A model generated the notes under the pieces. The model did no database searches and was not told where the DNA came from. It saw only the letters and a program-made list of their open reading frames with translations. DNA of 64,000 bases from Candidatus Saccharimonadota bacterium. GTDB lineage: Bacteria > Patescibacteriota > Saccharimonadia > QS-5-54-17. Made by a program: the position numbers and the translations under genes. The DNA is taken from NCBI GenBank assembly GCA_050486185.1, contig JBJHCT010000001.1, positions 178,866-242,865 on the forward strand. The letters run 5' to 3'. Position 1 is the first letter of the stretch. Each line of letters begins with the position of its first letter. Positions 57,289 to 64,000 of the stretch are shown piece by piece.

Positions 57289-57555
57289 CTAAATATTGGT
57301 AGCGTCTAACACTATACCTATTGGTGCTACTAGACTCAAAATAGCAGCTATCAGTAAAATTGCGTACTCTATCTTGCGGTCTATCTGGAAATGATCGTGT
57401 GAGGCGAAAATAAGTCCTAGTATTAGACCTACGGGTACGGGTAGGTTTATAAACCCTACCTTTAGCCAGATAGCTCCCACCAAGAAATACATCAAGATTT
57501 TAAGAAAATACAGACTATCAGGCTCTTGTTTGTTTGTTTGTTTACTCTTAACCAT
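57289..57555 (-). CDS. Small membrane protein (2-3 TM)
   Basis: 88 aa with hydrophobic helices. First gene of the inserted cassette. Confidence 0.45.
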   Translation of the reverse strand: MVKSKQTNKQEPDSLYFLKILMYFLVGAIWLKVGFINLPVPVGLILGLIFASHDHFQIDRKIEYAILLIAAILSLVAPIGIVLDATNI

Positions 57556-57594
57556 TAGCTATATATTACTGTTAATCTCTGCTACGTGCAAATT

Positions 57595-57629
57595 AAAAAC
57601 CCTTGAGCGAATAACGTCCAAGGGTTTTT
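57595..57629. terminator. Bidirectional terminator-like hairpin between rpsJ and the inserted cassette
   Basis: AAAAACCCTTG-13 nt-CAAGGGTTTTT, an 11-bp stem with A/U-tracts on both sides. Confidence 0.55.
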
Positions 57630-57658
57630 ATAAGTAGTTAGGTTAGCTAAATCTACAT

Positions 57659-57985
57659 CTACATCTTGATTTCTGTATCTACACCGCTAGGTAGATTCAG
57701 ATTCATCAAAGAGTCAATCGTCTTATTAGTAGGCTCACTAATATCAATTAATCGCTTATGAACTCGCATCTCAAACTGTTCACGAGAAGATTTGTAGATA
57801 TGTGGACTCTTAACTACTGTGTAACTACTTCTATCGGTCGGTAGTGGAATGGGGCCAGCAACCTTCGCACCAGTTCTAAGAGCTGTTTCGATAATCTGTT
57901 TAGCTGATTGATCTATCAGCTTATGATCATAGGCCTTAAGTCTGATACGAATACGTTGCTTAGTGGGTGCTTCGGAAGTAGCCAT
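57659..57985 (-). CDS. rpsJ: 30S ribosomal protein S10
   Basis: ...[25 protein letters not shown]... is typical of S10. Immediately downstream of tuf. Confidence 0.9.
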   Translation of the reverse strand: MATSEAPTKQRIRIRLKAYDHKLIDQSAKQIIETALRTGAKVAGPIPLPTDRSSYTVVKSPHIYKSSREQFEMRVHKRLIDISEPTNKTIDSLMNLNLPSGVDTEIKM

Positions 57986-59166
57986 TATTTATTGATTTTG
58001 GTTACTACACCAGCACCAACGGTCTTACCACCTTCACGAATAGCGAAGCGCAAGCCCTCTTCCATGGCGATTGGCTGAATTAGTTTAACTTTGAAAGTCA
58101 CATTATCACCTGGCATGACCATCTCGGCGCCTTCTGGTAGTTCTACCTCACCAGTTACGTCAGTGGTTCTGAAGTAAAACTGTGGCTTATATCCCTTAAA
58201 GAATGGGGTGTGTCGTCCACCTTCCTCTTTGTTTAGAATGTAAACTTCTGCATCAAATTCTGTGTGTGGAGTGATAGTTCCTGGCTTAGCTAGTACCTGT
58301 CCGCGCTCGATATCTTCACGCTCAATACCTCGAAGCAAGATACCAACGTTATCACCGGCCTGACCGCTATCTAGGTTCTTGTTGAACATCTCAACACCGG
58401 TAACGATCGATTTAGTAGTGTCTTTAAGTCCGACGATCTCTATCTCGTCGTTAACATTAACTACACCTTGTTCAATTCTACCGGTAGCTACAGTACCACG
58501 TCCTTTAATAGAGAAAACGTCCTCTACTGGCATCAAGAAGTCTTTGTCGATTTCACGCTTTGGCTCTTCGAAGTACTCATCCATAGCTTTAACTAGCTCC
58601 ATGATTGAGTCTTGGTGTTCAGCTTCACCCTCGATAGCCTTAAGAGCGGAACCCTTAATGATCGGAGCTTCTGCATCAAACTCGTACTTCTCTAGAAGTT
58701 CACGAACTTCCATCTCAACTAGTTCAATTAGATCTGGGTCGGCTAGATCGGTCTTGTTTAGATAAACAATAATACTTGGTACACCTACCTGACGAGCAAG
58801 CAAAACGTGCTCTCTAGTTTGTGGCATAGGGCCATCAGCAGCAGATACTACCAAAATAGCACCATCAACCTGAGCAGCACCGGTAATCATGTTTTTAACG
58901 TAGTCGGCGTGTCCTGGCATGTCGACGTGGGCGTAGTGTCTGTTCTCCGACTCGTACTCTAGGTGGGTTGTAGAGATGGTAATACCACGCTCTTTCTCCT
59001 CTGGTGCCTTGTCGATCGCTTCATAGGCAGTAGCTTTGTTAATTTCGCTAGGAACCTTTTCAGCTAGTACTGCAGTAATAGCAGCACTCAAAGTAGTTTT
59101 ACCGTGGTCCACGTGGCCCATAGTACCTACATTAATGTGTGTCTTGTCTCTTTTAAAATCAGCCAT
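57985..59166 (-). CDS. tuf: Elongation factor Tu
   Basis: [17 protein letters not shown] and NKTD GTPase motifs; 393 aa. Confidence 0.95.
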   Translation of the reverse strand: MADFKRDKTHINVGTMGHVDHGKTTLSAAITAVLAEKVPSEINKATAYEAIDKAPEEKERGITISTTHLEYESENRHYAHVDMPGHADYVKNMITGAAQVDGAILVVSAADGPMPQTREHVLLARQVGVPSIIVYLNKTDLADPDLIELVEMEVRELLEKYEFDAEAPIIKGSALKAIEGEAEHQDSIMELVKAMDEYFEEPKREIDKDFLMPVEDVFSIKGRGTVATGRIEQGVVNVNDEIEIVGLKDTTKSIVTGVEMFNKNLDSGQAGDNVGILLRGIEREDIERGQVLAKPGTITPHTEFDAEVYILNKEEGGRHTPFFKGYKPQFYFRTTDVTGEVELPEGAEMVMPGDNVTFKVKLIQPIAMEEGLRFAIREGGKTVGAGVVTKINK

Positions 59167-59276
59167 ATTTAATACTCCTTATTGGATTTTAATTGATATA
59201 GTAATATTTTTGCTAAATATTTGCATGCGAAATACGCACACGATTTATCATCAGTTTAGAATTATACTTTAGCCCC

Positions 59277-59294
59277 AGGGGTTTGTAAACCCCT
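59277..59294. repeat. Copy 2 of the 18-nt GC hairpin AGGGGTTTGTAAACCCCT (fusA-tuf spacer)
   Basis: Identical to 41981..41998. Confidence 0.6.
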
Positions 59295-59295
59295 G

Positions 59296-61377
59296 CTACT
59301 CCCCTGTTTGTACGCCAATGATTTCATCGGCAATATTCCTAGGTACTGGCTCGTAACGATCAAGCTCCATAGAGCTAGCAGCTCTTCCTTGGGTCATCGA
59401 TCGAAGATCTGTAGTGTAGCCAAACATCTCAGCTAGAGGTACGAAGGCATCGATGATTTTAGAGTTAGATCGATCTTCCATCTTCTCGACTCTACCTCTT
59501 CTAGAGTTAATGTCACCCATAACTTCACCCATGAAGTCTTCTGGAGTAATTACCTCTACTCGCATGACCGGCTCAAGCAGTACTGGTGCAGCTCTCTTAA
59601 CAGCGCTTTGAATAGCCATAGAACCGGCGATCTTGAAGGCTACTTCTGAGGAGTCGACGTCATGGTATGAACCATCGTGTAACTTCACAGCTACATCTAT
59701 AACTGGATATCCAGCGATAATACCGCTAGCTAGAGCCTCTTTAATGCCCTCTTCTACTGGCTTGATGTACTCTTTAGGAATAGATCCACCAACTATAGCG
59801 TTCTCAAACTCAAAACCTTCACCACGTTCTCTTGGCTCAACATCGATAATGACATGTCCATATTGACCGCGACCACCAGTTTGGCGGATAAACTTAGCCT
59901 CAACGTCTTTAACCGGTTTCGTGATAGCTTCACGATAAGCAACTTGCGGCTTACCAACGTCAGCTTCAACCTTGAACTCTCGCTTCATCCTATCGACGAT
60001 AATGTCTAGATGTAGCTCACCCATACCGGCTACGATAGTCTGACCTGTCTCATCATTTGTAGAGACTTGGAAAGTTGGGTCTTCTTCGGCTAGTTTCTGT
60101 AAAGCTATAGACATCTTCTCCTGATCGGCCTTAGTTTTAGGTTCAATCGCTACAGCTACAGGAGGTTCTGGGAAAACTATATTCTCTAACATAATTGGAT
60201 TCTTCTCATCACACAAAGTATCTCCAGTAGTAGTGTCTTTAAGACCTACAGCAGCAGCTATATCGCCGGTAAAGACCTTATCAACATCCTCTCTAGAGTT
60301 AGCGTGCAATCTAACGATTCTACCTAAACGCTCCTTAGTACCGGTATTGGAGTTAAGTGCATACGACCCAGCTTCAACTGTACCTGAATAGACTCTGAAG
60401 AAGGTCAGCTTACCGACATATGGATCAGTAGCGACTTTAAAGGCTAGGGCCGAAAATGGCTCCTCATCAGATACTTTTCTACTAGCAGGCTCACCGCTAC
60501 TAGGGTCTTCACCCTCTATGGCTGGAACGTCTAATGGTGAAGGTAGGAAATCAACAGCAGCATCTAATAATTTCTCAACAATAACACCGCGTCCATCACC
60601 ACCACTAACGACAAAAAACTTACCGGTTAAAACAGCGGCTCTAACGGCCCTTTTAATCTCATCAACACTTAACTCACCCGCCTCTAGATACTTCTCTAAT
60701 AATTCATCGTCATGCTCTAAAGCTGCTTCAATTAGCTGTTCGCGGTAGGTTTGGCATTTCTCCACCATATCTTCTGGTACATCACCGACCGTAAGCTCTT
60801 TGTCGGTAAAATCACTGTAACTGTAGGCTTTCATCTCTATTAGATCGACTATACCGTTGATAGCTTGCTCAAAACCTATAGGTAGATGGATCGGGTAGGC
60901 GTGTTTGCCTAGACGTTCATGGATAGTATCTAAACTAGAGTAGAAATCTCCACCGGTTTGGTTGATTTTGTTGATAAAGCAGATTCTAGGTACACGGTAT
61001 TTATCGGCCTGACGCCAAACAGTTTCAGACTGTGGCTCTACACCCATCTTGCCGTCAAATATAACTAATGCTCCGTCTAGCACTCTAAGGGATCTCTCTA
61101 CCTCAACTGTAAAGTCGATGTGACCTGGAGTATCGATAATGTTGATGCGGTGCTCGTTCCAAAAACAGGTAGTAGCAGCCGAAGTAATAGTAATGCCTCG
61201 CTCTCTTTCCTGCTCCATCCAATCCATAGTAGCTTCACCTTCATGAACTGCACCAATCTTGTGCGTTAAGCCAGTTCGATACAGTATACCTTCAGTAACG
61301 GTCGTTTTACCGGCATCGATGTGAGCGATGGTTCCTACGTTTCTAGTATTTTCCAGTGAGTATTCTCGATTAGACAT
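59296..61377 (-). CDS. fusA: Elongation factor G
   Basis: AHIDAGKTT and DTPGHIDF motifs; 693 aa. Confidence 0.95.
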   Translation of the reverse strand: MSNREYSLENTRNVGTIAHIDAGKTTVTEGILYRTGLTHKIGAVHEGEATMDWMEQERERGITITSAATTCFWNEHRINIIDTPGHIDFTVEVERSLRVLDGALVIFDGKMGVEPQSETVWRQADKYRVPRICFINKINQTGGDFYSSLDTIHERLGKHAYPIHLPIGFEQAINGIVDLIEMKAYSYSDFTDKELTVGDVPEDMVEKCQTYREQLIEAALEHDDELLEKYLEAGELSVDEIKRAVRAAVLTGKFFVVSGGDGRGVIVEKLLDAAVDFLPSPLDVPAIEGEDPSSGEPASRKVSDEEPFSALAFKVATDPYVGKLTFFRVYSGTVEAGSYALNSNTGTKERLGRIVRLHANSREDVDKVFTGDIAAAVGLKDTTTGDTLCDEKNPIMLENIVFPEPPVAVAIEPKTKADQEKMSIALQKLAEEDPTFQVSTNDETGQTIVAGMGELHLDIIVDRMKREFKVEADVGKPQVAYREAITKPVKDVEAKFIRQTGGRGQYGHVIIDVEPRERGEGFEFENAIVGGSIPKEYIKPVEEGIKEALASGIIAGYPVIDVAVKLHDGSYHDVDSSEVAFKIAGSMAIQSAVKRAAPVLLEPVMRVEVITPEDFMGEVMGDINSRRGRVEKMEDRSNSKIIDAFVPLAEMFGYTTDLRSMTQGRAASSMELDRYEPVPRNIADEIIGVQTGE

Positions 61378-61412
61378 TTTCTATTCCCTAACTTATTTAA
61401 GTTTTTAGTTAT

Positions 61413-61889
61413 TTAAAATCTAGCTAGATGCGCAAAGGCACGGTTAGCTTCAGCCATCTTGTGAGCATCTTCTTTTTTCTTAAAGGTTTCGCCGGCGTTA
61501 TTGTAAGCATCGATAATCTCATCAGCTAGAATCAGATACATCGGCTTACCGCTGCGCTTGCGAGTAGCTTGAACCATCCACATCATAGCTAGGTGAACCT
61601 GTCGGCTACCTTTAACTTCGAAAGGTATCTGGTAGTTAGCACCACCAATACGTCGACCCTTGACCTCTAGTTGTGGGTAGACATTACGCATAGCTGTTTC
61701 AAAAACATCCAAAGCTGGCTGTTTGGTGCGTTTTTCTACTTCTTCTAAAGCAGCATAAACTATACCTTCAGCTTTAAGTTTTTTACCGTCTTTCATCACC
61801 TTATTGATGAAGCGCTGGACTAATACGCTATTATACCTGCGATCTGGCTGAATTTTACGTTGTAGTGATTTAGTCTTTTTTCTTGGCAT
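61413..61889 (-). CDS. rpsG: 30S ribosomal protein S7
   Basis: Conserved S7 sequence; lies in str-operon order. Confidence 0.9.
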   Translation of the reverse strand: MPRKKTKSLQRKIQPDRRYNSVLVQRFINKVMKDGKKLKAEGIVYAALEEVEKRTKQPALDVFETAMRNVYPQLEVKGRRIGGANYQIPFEVKGSRQVHLAMMWMVQATRKRSGKPMYLILADEIIDAYNNAGETFKKKEDAHKMAEANRAFAHLARF

Positions 61890-61912
61890 CTTAGTTTATC
61901 TCCTGCTTGTTT

Positions 61913-62320
61913 CTAGCTCTTCTTAGTTCCGTATTTACTTCTACTAGTGGTACGCTCACTGACTCCACCGGTATCGAAGCTACCACGTACGATGTGATAT
62001 CTCACACCTGGTAAGTCTTTGACTCTTCCACCTCTAACTAAAACTACTGAGTGCTCTTGTAAGTTGTGGCCTTCACCAGGTATATAGGCGGTAATCTCTT
62101 TACCGTTAGTTAGTCTCACACGAGCGATTTTTCGCAAAGCTGAGTTAGGTTTCTTAGGAGTCTGAGTAGTGACACGTAAACATACACCTCTCTTGAATGG
62201 AGATGGCTTGGTGTAGTTTTTGTTAGCCAACTGGTTGTTGACATGGTGCAAGGCGGCCGACTTTGACTTCGACTTAGTGCTCTTGCGTGGTTTGGAAATT
62301 AATTGGTTAATCGTTGGCAC
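61913..62320 (-). CDS. rpsL: 30S ribosomal protein S12
   Basis: MPTINQLI start and [10 protein letters not shown] motif. Confidence 0.95.
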   Translation of the reverse strand: MPTINQLISKPRKSTKSKSKSAALHHVNNQLANKNYTKPSPFKRGVCLRVTTQTPKKPNSALRKIARVRLTNGKEITAYIPGEGHNLQEHSVVLVRGGRVKDLPGVRYHIVRGSFDTGGVSERTTSRSKYGTKKS

Positions 62321-62371
62321 TTTATAGTGTCTCCTCTTTTAGAACCAGATTGTAGCTTAGCAGATGACGCA

Positions 62372-64000
62372 TTAGGCTTCAACCCCTTGAGTCTCTAAAT
62401 CAGCTACTGGGTCAGCCTCTTCAGCCTCTACTTCTGGAACATATCCAGTACCAACCGGTATCTTACGACCAATGATGACGTTTTCTTTTAGACCGTACAG
62501 TCTATCGGTGCTACCAGATGTAGCAGCGTTAATTAAGACTCTAGTAGTGTCCTGGAAGGAAGCCGCAGATAGCCATGAGTCGGTGCTCAATGAGGCTTTA
62601 GATATACCTAGTAATAGTTGTTTGTAGGTAATTGGCTGTTTGCCATCTTGACTGAGTTTTTGGTTCTCTTCAATCACAGTAGATCTAGCTACAACATCAC
62701 CGGATACAAATAGACTATCCCCTGAATCCTCTACTTGGACTCTTGATGTCATCTGTCTGATGATAGTCTCAAGGTGCTTATCTGAAATACCTGCACCCTG
62801 CAGAGTGAACACCTTTTGTACTTCGTTCATGACGTGACGCTGTACTTCAGAGGTACCGGTTAGCTTCAATAGATCTTGTAAGTTGACTGAGCCCACTATT
62901 AGTTGTTGACCGGCAGTAACTTTATCACCGTCTTTTACTAACAAGCTCTTGTATCTAGGGATGGTATATTCAGTGGCGCCAACTTTTTCGCCTTTAATCA
63001 CCACCTTGGTCTTAAGCACTTTAGCTATACCCTTGATAGTGGATGTAACGGTCTTCTTGTAGTCTGGGGAAGCTACTACTACATCACCGGCTTCAACTTC
63101 CTGGCCATCCTTGACCATAGCTATCATACCTTTAAGTGGATGTGAGCTAGTAGCATCACCTTCAGGAGAGATTCTCACTTTGTAGTGGTTTTCTTTCTCG
63201 CTTATATGTACAGTACCGCCGATATCAGCAATTTGCGCTAGACCTTTTGGATTTCTAGCTTCAAACAGCTCTTCAACTCTAGGTAGTCCCTGAGTAATGT
63301 CATCTCCGGCTGCACCACCACCGTGGAAAGTTCGAAGTGTTAGCTGTGTACCAGGCTCACCGATAGCTTGAGCTGCCATAACACCTACGGGTACACGTAA
63401 GCCCACCATCTGACCGGTAGATAGGTCTACACCGTAACAGTCACGGCAAACACCACGCACCGATTGACAGGTTAGTAAGCTGCGTATTTTAACTTGATCG
63501 ATATCGCTTGCAACTATTTCAGCAGCTGCTTCTTTACTAATTAGTTCACCGGCTTTAACGAACTTGCCGATATTCTCAGCAGCGATTCTGCCGGCTAACC
63601 TGTAAGCTAGGTCGCCACCAATCTCCTCAGTCTCATGACGATCAATGATGATACCATCTCTATCGCCACAATCATCTTCGATAGTAAAGGCGTCTTGCGC
63701 TACATCAACTAATCTCCTAGTCAAATACCCTGAGTCGGCAGTCTTTAGAGCGGTGTCGACTAGTCCTTTTCGTGAACCCCTAGCATCGATAAAGTACTCA
63801 ACGCTAGTTAGACCCTCTTTGTAGTTACTCTTGATTGGCAGCTCAATGATATTACCGTAAACATCCTGTCTTAGACCGATCATACCGATGATCTGTGACA
63901 CGGCACTAAGTTTAGCTCTAGCCTTAGAAACTACAGTAATAGTTGTAGAGTTGTTTTGCTCAGCAAAGCTGCTTTCTACGGCACCTTGAAGTTTTTCGTT
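62372..64000 (-). CDS. rpoC: DNA-directed RNA polymerase subunit beta', C-terminal part (gene continues beyond window end)
   Basis: C-terminus ...NAATSGSTDRLYGLKENVIIGRKIPVGTGY. The reading frame stays open upstream of the track's GTG 'start' through position 64000. Confidence 0.85.
   Translation of the reverse strand, partial: NEKLQGAVESSFAEQNNSTTITVVSKARAKLSAVSQIIGMIGLRQDVYGNIIELPIKSNYKEGLTSVEYFIDARGSRKGLVDTALKTADSGYLTRRLVDVAQDAFTIEDDCGDRDGIIIDRHETEEIGGDLAYRLAGRIAAENIGKFVKAGELISKEAAAEIVASDIDQVKIRSLLTCQSVRGVCRDCYGVDLSTGQMVGLRVPVGVMAAQAIGEPGTQLTLRTFHGGGAAGDDITQGLPRVEELFEARNPKGLAQIADIGGTVHISEKENHYKVRISPEGDATSSHPLKGMIAMVKDGQEVEAGDVVVASPDYKKTVTSTIKGIAKVLKTKVVIKGEKVGATEYTIPRYKSLLVKDGDKVTAGQQLIVGSVNLQDLLKLTGTSEVQRHVMNEVQKVFTLQGAGISDKHLETIIRQMTSRVQVEDSGDSLFVSGDVVARSTVIEENQKLSQDGKQPITYKQLLLGISKASLSTDSWLSAASFQDTTRVLINAATSGSTDRLYGLKENVIIGRKIPVGTGYVPEVEAEEADPVADLETQGVEA

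Noticed and set aside
6333-57555. Integrated prophage as an explanation for the many tail-fibre-like genes
   Set aside because: No capsid, portal, terminase, tape-measure, sheath/tube, integrase, repressor or lysis genes are present anywhere. The fibre genes are dispersed singly among housekeeping operons, each with its own promoter.

Overview
This is a low-GC (roughly 40%) bacterial chromosome segment that is almost entirely core information-processing genes, nearly all on the minus strand. Gene order matches a reduced-genome CPR/Patescibacteria (Saccharibacteria-like) organism; that assignment is inference, based on no L30 between rpsE and rplO, no adk/map after secY, and extended ribosomal proteins.

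The core content is:
- rpoC (partial), rpsL, rpsG, fusA, tuf and rpsJ, followed by the S10-spc-alpha ribosomal superoperon.
- The rplKAJL / nusG / secE cluster, with rpmG and tRNA-Trp.
- dnaX-ybaB-recR, dnaB, cysS and nrnA.
- Five tRNAs: Gln, Trp, Thr(GGT), Thr(TGT) and Tyr.

This conserved backbone is repeatedly interrupted by accessory insertions. The most striking is a family of five phage-tail-fibre-like paralogs:
- Each has a near-identical 5' module encoding MPDQVQLRGG...REVTVDTTNKTLRVHDG.TAGG, which resembles the HylP-type 'phage tail fibre repeat'.
- Each has its own TTGACT-N17/18-TA(T/G)TAT promoter.
- The C-terminal halves are unrelated to one another and visibly GC-richer than the genome.
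- One copy is fused in frame to a ~1.36 kb strongly GC-rich island. The island also encodes a poly-Gly protein that looks like a minor tail protein from an actinobacteriophage.

Other insertions:
- A ~5.2 kb cassette (three fibre-like proteins, a metzincin protease and a small membrane protein) sits between rpsJ and rplC, the first two genes of the S10 operon.
- A fifth fibre paralog sits between secY and infA, where adk/map usually lie.
- A tail-collar-domain protein lies next to cysS.
- A two-gene PD-(D/E)xK nuclease islet at tRNA-Gln truncates a decarboxylase gene.
- An HNH endonuclease lies between two tRNA-Thr genes.
- A ~0.7 kb GC-shifted islet ends in a perfect 14-bp hairpin.

There are no capsid, terminase, portal or integrase genes, so this is not a prophage. 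The pattern instead suggests domesticated, modular receptor-binding (adhesin-like) genes embedded in highly expressed housekeeping operons.
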